Shown here piece after piece: positions 10,583-21,143 of a stretch of 64,000 nucleotides of DNA (positions are counted from its first letter, which is position 1; every line of letters starts with the position of its first letter). Position numbers and translations under genes: made by a program. The stretch comes from Ignavibacteriota bacterium (lineage in GTDB: Bacteria; Bacteroidota; Ignavibacteria; Palsa-1295), in NCBI GenBank assembly GCA_963776895.1, contig CAVZOL010000004.1, forward strand, positions 128,402-192,401. Reading direction: 5' to 3'. The notes below the pieces were generated by a model. That model saw only the letters and a program-made list of their open reading frames with translations, did not search any database and was not told the DNA's origin.

Positions 10583-11350
10583 TTATAGAGCAGCCTCAAG
10601 TATCTCTTGCTCGCGATTCAACTTAAAGTGGTTGTTAAGAGCACTAGCGGTTTCAACGATACATATTGTGGCGACTCTCGCCGTCTGATCGAAGTCATCG
10701 CGCATTTTTGAACGAACCGAATCAATGTCATTCTCCCCCGCAAGCGCCTCTCCAAAACCACCGCTGGACCAGTGATGCCAGTCACAACTTAAATCGTAAT
10801 ACCTCATCAGAGCATAGTGGGTATTCGTCACAAGTTTTGAAATTTTCTCTTTGCACCACTCATATTTATAGCTACCCGAAGGCGGCAACTCATTCCTTTC
10901 AAGGGCTTTTAGACCCGCTGGTTTCAAAAAGTCAACTCCGTAGTTTCGAAGTTTCTCAAGTAGTGATTTAATCTTATGCTCCTCTATGGGTGCGCCGAAC
11001 TCGGAACGATAGAGATAGGTGTTAAGGTCATGTATGACAACATGAGCTCGCCATCTTCGCGAGAGATTTTCTGGGTCAGTCAAAATATATTTCAAATAAG
11101 CCCAGCCCTCTATCATAGTTCTGCCTATCAAGAGAGCATCGGTTCGCTCACCCAATAAAAGCAACGATCTCGCATGTGTCCATTGCTTAGTATTAAATGC
11201 TAAAAGAACGAAGCCTAGGTCAGAGTCTTCATTGTATTCTATGTCATCTTGCAAAGAGCTTACAACTTTAACTAACTTGCCCAAACGGTTCGGCCATTCG
11301 GATGATATTAACCCAAGATCATTCGGCGGTATATTTACTTCATTGTTCAT
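10583..11350 (-). CDS. DUF5677-like alpha-helical hypothetical protein
   Basis: ALLIGRTMIEGWAYLKYI and YYDLSCDWHH patterns (RxxxE and Y..LS...H); visibly AT-richer than the flanking genes. Confidence 0.6.
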   Translation of the reverse strand: MNNEVNIPPNDLGLISSEWPNRLGKLVKVVSSLQDDIEYNEDSDLGFVLLAFNTKQWTHARSLLLLGERTDALLIGRTMIEGWAYLKYILTDPENLSRRWRAHVVIHDLNTYLYRSEFGAPIEEHKIKSLLEKLRNYGVDFLKPAGLKALERNELPPSGSYKYEWCKEKISKLVTNTHYALMRYYDLSCDWHHWSSGGFGEALAGENDIDSVRSKMRDDFDQTARVATICIVETASALNNHFKLNREQEILEAAL

Positions 11351-11353
11351 AGC

Positions 11354-12205
11354 TTATTTGGAACTAAATGCAGCGTGCCTTTCGTGTGCAAGATTATTGT
11401 GATATTCAATGTTTTTTTGATCAATCACATGTCTCGTACAAAGTACGTAAGATTCCGTGCCAATCCTTACGTTCTCAGAATCGACGAAAACGGGGATAGC
11501 AAAGTCGAAGATTTTATGATGGTTCGGACAGAGAACGAGCATGTTCGATTCCACGTCAGGCCCGCCATGTTCACTTAGTGGCCAAATATGATGTACTTCA
11601 CTATAATATTGGTCGGGCAAAACTTCGATACGATTAGAACATATTTGGCATTTGTTCTCGTAAAGCTCCTTTAGCCGAGCTACAGAAACTCTATCGCGAA
11701 TAAGTTTAGAGAGTATCTGCTCTCTATATTCTCTAACGGGGTTATTAGGAACATTCGGTATCGAATGTTCCTCATTCTCTATCCACCCTGATTGATAGCC
11801 TGGATTTAGTTCCTCAACCAACCTGATAAGAATTACAGCTTCCGATTCCGATATGGAATAAATAGTGCTTACAGGACCGCCCTTGAGAAACACGGCATCT
11901 ATTAGCGAAGGATCTTTTTTTATACGAGCTATCTTGATCGGGTGTGCTAATAAGCTGGATTTATAAATGACATCGAATCGAGTTTCCCCTGTCGAATCGC
12001 GAACTCCTATGTTTCCAATTTCAGCAATGCACACAACCCGGAGGCCAGGGCTGGACTCCCATATAAAAGCACGGTCTCCCGTTTTAAAAGACTCTGGGAG
12101 TGGTTTACGCGTAGGCCAACTATCCGTAATACCATCGGCAAAGTTATCTTCGAAGCGAGGTGCATCGAAACGTTCTTTGTGACCCTTCAAAATCCAGTAA
12201 TTCAT
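11354..12205 (-). CDS. EVE domain-HNH endonuclease fusion (putative modification-dependent restriction nuclease)
   Basis: N-terminal MNYWILKG...KTGDRAFIWES...VVCIAEI (EVE/PUA-like); C-terminal CQIC...EVHHIWPL...GGPDVESNMLVLCPNHHKIFD (HNH). Confidence 0.85.
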   Translation of the reverse strand: MNYWILKGHKERFDAPRFEDNFADGITDSWPTRKPLPESFKTGDRAFIWESSPGLRVVCIAEIGNIGVRDSTGETRFDVIYKSSLLAHPIKIARIKKDPSLIDAVFLKGGPVSTIYSISESEAVILIRLVEELNPGYQSGWIENEEHSIPNVPNNPVREYREQILSKLIRDRVSVARLKELYENKCQICSNRIEVLPDQYYSEVHHIWPLSEHGGPDVESNMLVLCPNHHKIFDFAIPVFVDSENVRIGTESYVLCTRHVIDQKNIEYHNNLAHERHAAFSSK

Positions 12206-12228
12206 TTGAGTGCTCTTAGGTTATGTGT

Positions 12229-12786
12229 TTAATATCTGTTTTGGATTCTGATATATGCAATAGCAATAACGTAACCCACCGTTGCTCCAATCCCGGCCCC
12301 ACCCAGCACATCGCTCGGATAATGCAGCCCTTCATACACGCGACCTAAACTGATTAAGAACGCGACGGCAAAAAGCCACGCCACATTCTTTTTTTTCTGC
12401 CAGATCGTGAAAAAGAATGCTGCGATCGCAAAATTGTTCAGTGCGTGATTGGATGGAAAGCTTTCATCCCCTCGCGGACCATCCGGCAAGCGGATCCAAT
12501 TCACGATATGTTCGCCAGAAGGAAGCAACGCACACGGCCTCGAACGATGCATGAGCGGCTTAAACACATAATGCCCTAACGAATCCGTCGCTGCAACTAC
12601 TAACACCGCAGCAACGACCATCCACACCCCGCGCCAGCGAAAACGATAGATCAGATAAATTCCTGCAAGCACATAGACCGGAAACCAATAATGGACATTC
12701 GTGAGCGCAGCAAAAAAGCTGTCGAGAAAACCCGAAGCGATCGTCCGATTAAAGAAATAGAGAATGGAAAGATCGAGAGCGTACAT
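12229..12786 (-). CDS. PAP2-family phosphatase
   Basis: KPLMHRSRP, SFPSNHA and GRVYEGLHYPSDVLGG motifs. Confidence 0.93.
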   Translation of the reverse strand: MYALDLSILYFFNRTIASGFLDSFFAALTNVHYWFPVYVLAGIYLIYRFRWRGVWMVVAAVLVVAATDSLGHYVFKPLMHRSRPCALLPSGEHIVNWIRLPDGPRGDESFPSNHALNNFAIAAFFFTIWQKKKNVAWLFAVAFLISLGRVYEGLHYPSDVLGGAGIGATVGYVIAIAYIRIQNRY

Positions 12787-13529
12787 TATCTCCCTAATTT
12801 GGAAATACGGTACCGATCGAGGAATTGTCCGCACACTGGGTCGGCGGACTTTTCAAACTCGCTCGGGGTTCCATCGAAATATACGAGTCCCTCGTAAAGA
12901 AAAATAACGCGATGCGCAATACGCTCCACGGTAAACATGTCGTGCGTAACAATAAGACTCGTGACATGAAGTTTGGCCGTGAGATCTTCAATAAGCGCGT
13001 CGATCTGATCGCTGGTTACGGGATCGAGACCGGTTGTCGGTTCATCATAAAACATATAGCGCGGCTCGGTAGCCAGCGCACGAGCAAGCGCGACGCGTTT
13101 TTTCATTCCGCCCGAAAGATTGGAGGGCATTGCATCTTCAATGCCGCGAAGCCTGACGAGCGCAAGTTTTTCTTTGGTAATGCGCGCAAGTTTTTCGCGG
13201 TCGCGTTCACCGTATTCCACGAGGCCGAGTGTAACGTTTTCCAGCACAGTCATTGAATCGAACAGCGCAGATCCTTGAAAAAGAAATCCGATATTCCGCC
13301 GAAGCTGTTCCAGATCTCGTTCCCGCGCTTTCGATACATTCACGCCATCGACGATTATTTCACCTGCATCCGGCTTCATCAAACCGATGATATGTTTTAG
13401 CAGGACGCTCTTACCCGACCCGCTCTGGCCTATAATAGCAACCGTCTCCCCATCGGCAATTTCGATAGAAACTCCTCGCAGCACCTCGAGTGTGCCAAAC
13501 GACTTTTGCAGATTCTTGATGGAGATCAC
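12786..13529 (-). CDS. mlaF: MlaF-type ABC transporter ATP-binding protein
   Basis: GQSGSGKS, LSGGMKKRVALARA and YDEPTTGLDP; adjacent to mlaE. Confidence 0.9.
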   Translation of the reverse strand: MISIKNLQKSFGTLEVLRGVSIEIADGETVAIIGQSGSGKSVLLKHIIGLMKPDAGEIIVDGVNVSKARERDLEQLRRNIGFLFQGSALFDSMTVLENVTLGLVEYGERDREKLARITKEKLALVRLRGIEDAMPSNLSGGMKKRVALARALATEPRYMFYDEPTTGLDPVTSDQIDALIEDLTAKLHVTSLIVTHDMFTVERIAHRVIFLYEGLVYFDGTPSEFEKSADPVCGQFLDRYRISKLGR

Positions 13530-13556
13530 TCTCTTCTTAATTCAAATCGTTATTAC

Positions 13557-14337
13557 TTAGAAGATAATAGTCCACAAGGTGTAATCGAGGATGAGCACCA
13601 TCATGCTCGAAAGGACGAACGCGCGGATCGTCGCTTTTCCGACGCCTTCCGCTCCGCCCGTGGTGCTGAACCCTACTTTTACACCGATCAGCGCAGTGAA
13701 TGCACCGAAAAATAAAGCCTTGAACAGCCCTCCCAGCACATCCCTGACATGAAAATATCGCTGGACGGAATCGAAGAACACTTTACCGCTGATGTCGAGA
13801 AAAAAATTACTGACAATAAAAGCTCCCGCGAGTGCAATGGCATTGGCAAAAATGACGAGTATGGGCATCATGATCGTGGCACCAAGCAGCCGAGGCACCG
13901 CCAGATAACGAACCGGGCTAATCGCCATGCTTTCGAGCGCGTCGATCTGTTCGGTTACTTTCATGGTACCAAGTTCCGCAGCGATGGAAGCGCCAACGCG
14001 GCCTGCGATCACGATGGCCGTCAGTACGGGACCAAGCTCGATAAAGATCGCTCGACTTACTGCAGCCTCCGAGAAAACTGTACGAAATGAGTCCTTTAAA
14101 TTGATAGGCGGCTTGCCACGCGCTCACCATGCCTGTGAAAAATCCGATGATGGTAACAAGTGGCAGTGAGTTGGTGCCGATGTGCTCCATTTGATCGAGA
14201 ATCAACCTCCGGTCGCGTGGGATGGATCCTAAAAATCTCAGTGTCCGAGCTGTGAGCAACGCAAACCCGCCGATCTCCGCAAGAAAATGGCGGATCGTGT
14301 GCCCAAGCCGAACGATTGTTTTTGTAACGATCGTCAT
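13557..14337 (-). CDS. mlaE: MlaE-type ABC transporter permease (frameshift near 14070)
   Basis: IGTNSLPLV in the 5' frame; ELGPVLTAIVIAGRVGASIAAELGTMKVTEQIDALE and GGAEGVGKAT in the 3' frame. Confidence 0.92.
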
Positions 14338-14771
14338 TGAGAAGGAATCATCTCGGCTTCGACATGAAGCATAATATGATAAAGGCTGTCGAGCACCGGC
14401 GTTCCAAGTTTTGGTGGATCGACGTCTGCCCAGGATATTTTCTGATGACTATTGCCAGCGTCAATTTGCAGACCCGTCGTCACTTCACCGGTATCGTCCA
14501 TTTTTATTGCGAGGAGCGGAGCAAGGCTATCGGTTACAAGCCCATGAACGGACTGCGTAAGCTGCCGGTCAATAGAATACGTGGTGCGTTTTGAAACGGC
14601 ACTGGAGTCGGAGCCCAGCGTTACCGTTTTCGTCCCGAGAGCACCCTGATCCACCGCATAGCGCTCGGTGATGCCCGAAACGTCGCTCGTCCGAAACAAC
14701 GTGACGGTAAACGTATTGGAGGCGCAGCCGGCAATAAAAAGCAGAAAAAGCAGGGCTAATAAGATTCTCAT
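14334..14771 (-). CDS. Hypothetical lipoprotein
   Basis: MRILLALLFLLFIAGC lipobox. Confidence 0.7.
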   Translation of the reverse strand: MRILLALLFLLFIAGCASNTFTVTLFRTSDVSGITERYAVDQGALGTKTVTLGSDSSAVSKRTTYSIDRQLTQSVHGLVTDSLAPLLAIKMDDTGEVTTGLQIDAGNSHQKISWADVDPPKLGTPVLDSLYHIMLHVEAEMIPSQ

Positions 14772-14930
14772 GGTAGCAAAATTACGGCGTGTGAAGCTAC
14801 ATTTCTGTAATGATCTCAAAATAACGGATTTGCGTGTAAATCGTGCGTTAAATTTTGGCGCTTATAGCGAGAACGCCCGTGCTGCAACATCCGTTAACAA
14901 TTATTCGATAAATTTCGCCTATTTTTACAC

Positions 14931-17677
14931 ATGGCTACTCAAACTAAGGTTTCTCAGGCAGCAAAGCCGTCGGCATCAAAAAATAAACAATCCCACATCG
15001 GCGCGATGCAGCGCGAGCAGGACGTGGCTTCGCGTTCGCTTGCGCATTACATTCCCGAAAAATGGCGCGACCCTGTTGCTGTGCTTTTTATATTTCTCTC
15101 GCTCATTTTCTTTTTCCGTGGCGTACTCGATTCCACGCATGTCTTTAGTGCGGGTGATAATGTCGCGTTCGATGCCTTACGGCCGTTCATCGCTTCAGCG
15201 CAGGCCGAGGGTTACTCCATGCCGCAGTGGATACCGAATATTTTTTGTGGGATGCCGGCATTCGCCGCACTTGTCGTGACGGGAGATCGGACCTACGATC
15301 TTCTTCATCAAATCTTCACCGTCGTTCAGGATACTATTGCCAATATATCCCCAAACGAAGATGCCATGGTGCATATCTGGCATTATTTTATTTTCGGATT
15401 GGGAATGTATCTCCTGATGCGGGTCACGCGGAATACATCGCGGATCGTCGCGCTCTTTGCAGCCTTCAGCGCGATCTTTTCGACATGGATCATTACGTAT
15501 ATTATGATCGGTCATAATACGAAAATTTATGCCGTGATGGCTTTCCCCTATATCATCATGGGAATCGAACGGCTGCGAGCGCAACGCATGGAGTGGCAAT
15601 CTATCGTTTTTTGGTGTGCCGTGCTTGCAACCTCGATCCATATTCTGCTTGAATCGATCCACATGCAGATGATCTTTTATATTGCGTGTGCGGTGTTGAT
15701 CTATTTTCTTACGTCGCTCGTCGTGGAGTTCACGCGAAAGTCCGAGCATCCACGGTCACACCATATCGCGCCGCTCATTCGCTCCGGTGTGCTTACGCTG
15801 CTCATGGCCGGGGTTGCGTTCTGCATGTCGGCAGACCGCTATCTTTCTTCGCTTGCTTACGAGCCCTATTCCATTCGTGGCAAAGCGCCTATTCAGGACG
15901 TGCAAAATCAAGCAGCGCAAAATAAACGTTCTACCAACGACGCCACTACTTCTTCCGGTGGCTTGGATTGGAATTACGCAACTTCGTGGTCGTTCTCGCC
16001 GCAGGAAATAATCACCTTTATCATTCCGGGCTACTATGGTTTTGGCAAAATGCCTTATACAGCCGGAGATCTGAATATTCCAGAGGGCGATCGCCTTTCA
16101 ACCTATTGGGGTCAGATGAATGGCACCGACGCCGCGAATTACACGGGCATTGTTGTCTTCTTACTTGCCATCGTAGGAATCTTTACGCTCTGGAAACGAG
16201 ATCGGCTTGTGCCTCCGCTTTCGATCATTACGATCTTCGCGATATTACTTTCCTTTGGCGGGAATTGGTCCGATTTTGTTCCGGCCCATGTTCAATTATT
16301 TCCCGCTCTTCAATAAATTCCGCGCGCCCATGATGGCGCTCGTCCTGATGCAGCTTGCGTTCCCAATTCTTGCCGCGCTGACGCTCGAAGAAATTCTTGC
16401 GCGCCTGGAAATTGAAAATCGACGCGGAAGATTCGCGGCTTCAAAAGTCGTTTAAATTTGCACTCTATGCTTCTGGAGCGTTTCTTGTCATTTCCGTGGT
16501 GTTTCGTGGCGTCATTACTTCTTCCGTTACCGGCGGGATCCAATCTGCCATTCAGCGCGGAAAATTTCCGCAGCAGTACGATTCACTGAAGGACTTTATT
16601 GCTTCTATTGCTGCGAACGATGCACTCATCGGCGCGTCCTTGCTACCGCTGCGTGTTTGCTTGTCTTTTTATTTCCTGAAACGAAAACTTTCGCCCCTTA
16701 TTGTTGCTGTGGGGATTTTCGCGCTGACGGTGATCGATCAATGGCGAGTCGATACACGCCCCATGCAGATCGAACAAAAGACGATTATGCGAGTAATTTC
16801 CAGACTCACGATTATCTCCAATTTATTCAGCAGGATAAATCGCTATACCGCGTAACCGATCTGACCGAACAACAGCCATCGAACGCCCTCGTAAGCTATG
16901 GCATCCAAACCGCCGGCGGATACCATGCCGCGAAAATGCGCGAGTTCCAGGACGTCGTCGATGAAACAGGCAACATGCAAGGGAACGGCATTTTCAATCC
17001 CTTCATGTTCAATCTTTTGAATACGAAATATATTATCGCAAATGGCGGCCTTTCGGAAGACCGCACCCGTTTCATTCCCGAATTCCAATCGAAGGAACCG
17101 CCGCCGGCCAGCGAGAATGGAAAGCCGGCGATAGCCCGATATTGTCTGGGAAAATCCGCAAGCACTGCCACGCGCGTTCTTTGCATATCGTTGGGAAGTA
17201 AAACCTAAACTCGATATTCTCCACGCCATGCACGATGGAACTTTCAATCCGCGCGACGTTATGTACTTCGAGGAAACTCCAAAGGGAATGCCTCCACTTG
17301 CAACTACGCCGATCGATACAGCCACCGAAACGCTGACGATGGATTACAAAGATCAGGATATAACCATCCATACGAAAACTTCCGGCAACAGGCTCATTTT
17401 TATGTCCGACGCGTGGTATCCCGATTGGACGGCTACGGTCGATGGTAAACCGGAGCCGATCTACCGCGCGGATTATGCGTTCCGGGCATTCGTTGCGCCT
17501 GCTGGAACTCATGAGATCAAGCTTACCTATTACGATCCGCACTATGTATTGGGCCGCACCATCTCGCTGACAACGAACGCGCTAGCACTCATTGCATTTG
17601 GAATAGGCATTACAGGCTTTACCTATTCTAAACGAAAGAAGCGTCCCGAGGTGGAAATTGTGCCGCCAACAGCATGA
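14931..17677 (+). CDS. YfhO-family multi-pass membrane protein (GT-C-like); split into four ORFs by indels
   Basis: WIPNIFCGMP, GHNTK, GLDWNYATSWS, FNKFRAPM, GGYHAAKM, LLNTKYII and YPDWTATVDGK...ADYAFRA motifs in successive frames. Confidence 0.85.
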
Positions 17678-17689
17678 GGGTTTTTATTT

Positions 17690-17841
17690 TGTCATCCTGA
17701 GCGAAGTTCGTCCCGACATGCATCGCCCACGATGCTTGGAGGCGCGAACGGAGTCGAAGGATCTTTTTGCATTACAAGAGATCCTTCGACTTCGCAAAAA
17801 ACTCCGGTATCGCTCCGTTTTTTGCTTCGCTCAGGATGACA
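17690..17841. repeat. Branched palindromic (MITE/REP-like) element
   Basis: TGTCATCCTGAGCGAAG...CTTCGCTCAGGATGACA termini with the internal stem GAGTCGAAGGATCT/AGATCCTTCGACTTC. Confidence 0.85.
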
Positions 17842-17962
17842 TTGCTCAACTAAAGGTGACTTTTTTATGAACAAAGTTAAATCTTTCGAGCGTAACAATC
17901 TTGGGGGAAATGTGGTATAGTGAGAAACGCGAATATTTCGTAAATGTCTATAAACCTATTTT

Positions 17963-18385
17963 TTGAAATACCTAATGACACTAAAAAAACTCTCGATGAT
18001 CCTTCTTTCTGCCGGAGCGTTTTCCTTCGGAGCTTATGCCGCGATTGCACAACATGGGAACCCCGAGGAAATGATACAGAAGCGGGTAGAGCGCCTGAAA
18101 TCCGCGCTGAATCTTAACGACGAGCAAGTTTCGAAGGTCAAATCCATCTATGAGCAGTACGAGCCGGCTTTGAAAACTGACCGGGAAGCCGTGAGATCGG
18201 CTTCCGGCGAACAAAAACAAGCCGCCGAGGAAAAATTGCACGGTGAAATGGAACAAGTGCAGACGCAGGTTAAAACCATCCTTACGCCCGAGCAGCAAAC
18301 GAAATTTGCCGAACTGATGTCCAAACGCGAGGGACATCCGCAAGGTAGTGAAGGCGCTCAAACCGCGCCACAGCCAAAGCAGTAA
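17963..18385 (+). CDS. Spy/CpxP-like periplasmic helical protein
   Basis: Signal peptide plus LNLNDEQ and ILTPEQQTKF (LTxxQ) motifs. Confidence 0.75.
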   Translation: MKYLMTLKKLSMILLSAGAFSFGAYAAIAQHGNPEEMIQKRVERLKSALNLNDEQVSKVKSIYEQYEPALKTDREAVRSASGEQKQAAEEKLHGEMEQVQTQVKTILTPEQQTKFAELMSKREGHPQGSEGAQTAPQPKQ

Positions 18386-18405
18386 GTACTTAAACTTCCA
18401 AGCGT

Positions 18406-18437
18406 AGAGCGGATTTCGACCCGCTCTTTGCTTTTTT
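18406..18437 (+). terminator. Probable intrinsic terminator
   Basis: AGAGCGG/CCGCTCT stem followed by TTGCTTTTTT. Confidence 0.6.
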
Positions 18438-18492
18438 GGGGGCGAACCCTCCCGCTCGCCCTTGCTGTTCCTAATGCAACAAAAGTTTTCAA

Positions 18493-19305
18493 ATGTTGCT
18501 ACGGCTAAGTATTCTATCTCTTCTGCTTTTGGTTTCGGGGTGTACCATCCCGACAGAACCGAATTATCCGCTACAAAATATCTCGTTCGCTTCTGGGTAC
18601 AACGACGTCTACCTTCTTCGATCTCCTATTCCTCTCGTTCACTATGATGGACTTTTTACTTCGGAATGGCATTCTGATGATTATCTGGATAGTTCCGCAA
18701 TTGATTCATTTTTCTGGTACAATTCTGGGGCCACACTCTATAATAAATTTGGGGATATCATTCAATCCCCATCCGATGGTTTTTATGTTCAAGTAAATGG
18801 CGCGCGCCTCATATCGAACCAATATTTTCAACTCAATACATCACTCAACCTTAACTTCCCATCTCCAGTTTTATGGACTCTCGCAGGCGATGATTATTTC
18901 CCATCGTTCTCTCATCGCATAAGTTCCGAAATTCTTCCAGAGATTATTTCACCTCCTATTTCCGATAGTTTGAACGCGAATGCGTCATTCCATTTCTCTT
19001 ACAACGCACCCGGAGTCGATAGTGTAGTAATTACACTCTGGTATTTTGGGTTAGGCATAAGCGCCACCACGGACTCATTAGAAAGTGCCATTGATCTTCG
19101 TCAGCCGGTACAAACTGTAAATTCTGGGACTTTTATTGTCCCGGCTTATGCATTGCAAGACACAGTCAATTTTAAATCATTTACCCCTCAGAGCTTGCAA
19201 ACCACCATTGCATGGGCCGTTGGAGACACCATTCACGTTGAGGGTAAGATATTCGGTTTCGTAACAGAGGTCGCGTGTAGCAGGGCATATAATTTCAAGC
19301 AATGA
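18493..19305 (+). CDS. Hypothetical lipoprotein
   Basis: LLLLVSGC lipobox; beta-rich sequence. Confidence 0.7.
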   Translation: MLLRLSILSLLLLVSGCTIPTEPNYPLQNISFASGYNDVYLLRSPIPLVHYDGLFTSEWHSDDYLDSSAIDSFFWYNSGATLYNKFGDIIQSPSDGFYVQVNGARLISNQYFQLNTSLNLNFPSPVLWTLAGDDYFPSFSHRISSEILPEIISPPISDSLNANASFHFSYNAPGVDSVVITLWYFGLGISATTDSLESAIDLRQPVQTVNSGTFIVPAYALQDTVNFKSFTPQSLQTTIAWAVGDTIHVEGKIFGFVTEVACSRAYNFKQ

Positions 19306-20127
19306 ATGCGGCGTCGTAATTTTCTCTTTTTTGTAATGTGCCTCGTTGCGAGAAGTATCATGGCGCAAGGTTTCCCAGACGATTCCAGCCATCACTTCGG
19401 GCTTTCGCTTCTTATCGGGTATGGCTCGATAGCGAGCTACGATTACTTTGGATCGCCGTTGCCCTATTCAGGAATTACTTTCCCTATTGGAGGTGAAATT
19501 GAATACACTACTCCCAATGTTCGACACTTGTTTTCCGTCATTGGCATCACCTCCCTTGGTAACGCGGCAAATCTTACCAATCAATATTCCGGTGCACTGA
19601 ACGAAAGCTATGCATATTACGCTTTCGGCGATGTCCGTTACCGGTTCACTCATTACCTTACTGATATTGGCTCGACTGGAATTCGTCTAAGTGTAGGAGG
19701 GGAATGGGACAACTTGGTTTTTGGCAGAGTTTATGACTATTCCGGCGACCTTAACAGAGCAAGCGGCAGCGGAGAAGGGAGTTCCGGCGTGGCGGCAGCA
19801 GGAGATCTGACTTATTCGATCGGAGCGGATCATCGTTTAGCTTTGTCAATTTCCCTGCCACTTGTTGCCTTAGTGCTGAGGCCCGCATACGGCTTTATTG
19901 GTGGAAATACTTCCCTTTTTTCTTATCCCTTAGAGGATCAGTTTGAACCAATAGGAACGATGTGGAGCTGGCGCATCGGGTTCGATTATGACTATGCCAT
20001 TTCCGGGCCTTTTCTGCTTGGCCTACATTTTCACGAGCTTTATTATCAATACCCCATGCTCGCGTGGCGCACGGTCGCCGCAGAGAACGATCTCGATCTG
20101 GACATAACATGGAGGTTCGATCTATGA
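19306..20127 (+). CDS. Putative outer-membrane beta-barrel protein
   Basis: Signal peptide, alternating amphipathic strands and an aromatic C-terminal strand (LDLDITWRFDL). Confidence 0.65.
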   Translation: MRRRNFLFFVMCLVARSIMAQGFPDDSSHHFGLSLLIGYGSIASYDYFGSPLPYSGITFPIGGEIEYTTPNVRHLFSVIGITSLGNAANLTNQYSGALNESYAYYAFGDVRYRFTHYLTDIGSTGIRLSVGGEWDNLVFGRVYDYSGDLNRASGSGEGSSGVAAAGDLTYSIGADHRLALSISLPLVALVLRPAYGFIGGNTSLFSYPLEDQFEPIGTMWSWRIGFDYDYAISGPFLLGLHFHELYYQYPMLAWRTVAAENDLDLDITWRFDL

Positions 20128-21134
20128 GACGATTTCTGCTGCTTCTCCTCGCCATTTTCGCCTCTGGCTGCACCGAATCTCTCGTTGCGCCCAAGATCGA
20201 TTCATCTCCACCTGCTGTCTTTGAAGAATTGTGGCAGGAATTTAACTTGCGCTATGCTACATTCCCAGAACGCCATGTCAATTGGGATTCACTCCATGCA
20301 CTATATGTCCCAAGAATTACATCAAATATGCCAGATAGTGTGCTCCTCTTTTACTTCGATTCGCTCCTTTCACCTCTCCGGGATGCTCATGTGAGCATTT
20401 CAACCGGAACCGAGGGTTATGGTTATGTGAATACCGACAGCACCTATCAGTTCAATTTCGATCAGGTAAGTTCTTATTATTTAGGCGAAACAGCGAATGA
20501 ATCGAGCGATGGCACCATCCGCTATGGCGTTATCCACGATTCGATCGGTTATATGAATGTAATAACATTCGATCTAACAGACGATGGTTATTGGGGAACC
20601 GAAATCGATGCTGTTCTCGATTCGTTACAAAATTCTAAGGCTCTCATTCTCGATATTCGTGGAAACGGTGGAGGAAAAGGTGCCGCTGGGCAGGTGCTTG
20701 AAGGGCGTTTCATTCTCCCAGGCCAAACTATTGGCTACAACCAAGCCAGGTATGACGCAAACTATACGGACCTTACCACTCCAGATCCAGTCACCACAAG
20801 TATCTCGCATTCGCGGTGGACAAAGCCAATAGTCCTTCTCACCAACCGCGAGACCGTCAGCGAAGGAGAATGGTTTACGATGGCCATGAAAACAATTCCC
20901 AATGTCACTGTTATAGGTGACACAACGCAAGGGGCATTCTCTTCACGTCTTGATGGTGAGCTTTCAAATGGCTGGCTCTATTCGATGTCGGAATGGAAAG
21001 GCAGTGACATATATCACGTTTGCCACGAAGGCATCGGCCTGATTCCCGATATAGAAATTTACGTCAAAGAAAATCAGCGTGTCGATAGCCCGGATACCGT
21101 TCTCGATCGGGCCATCGAATTTCTTACAAAATAA
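20124..21134 (+). CDS. S41-family peptidase, lipoprotein
   Basis: Lipobox ASGC, LRDAHV, LILDIRGNGGG, TVSEGEWF, IGDTTQG and EGIGLIPDI. Confidence 0.92.
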   Translation: MRRFLLLLLAIFASGCTESLVAPKIDSSPPAVFEELWQEFNLRYATFPERHVNWDSLHALYVPRITSNMPDSVLLFYFDSLLSPLRDAHVSISTGTEGYGYVNTDSTYQFNFDQVSSYYLGETANESSDGTIRYGVIHDSIGYMNVITFDLTDDGYWGTEIDAVLDSLQNSKALILDIRGNGGGKGAAGQVLEGRFILPGQTIGYNQARYDANYTDLTTPDPVTTSISHSRWTKPIVLLTNRETVSEGEWFTMAMKTIPNVTVIGDTTQGAFSSRLDGELSNGWLYSMSEWKGSDIYHVCHEGIGLIPDIEIYVKENQRVDSPDTVLDRAIEFLTK

Positions 21135-21143
21135 CGGCGGGAA

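Noticed and set aside
13557-17677. Split mlaE and four-piece YfhO-like gene read as separate genes
   Set aside because: The pieces are colinear parts of single known proteins joined by small indels.
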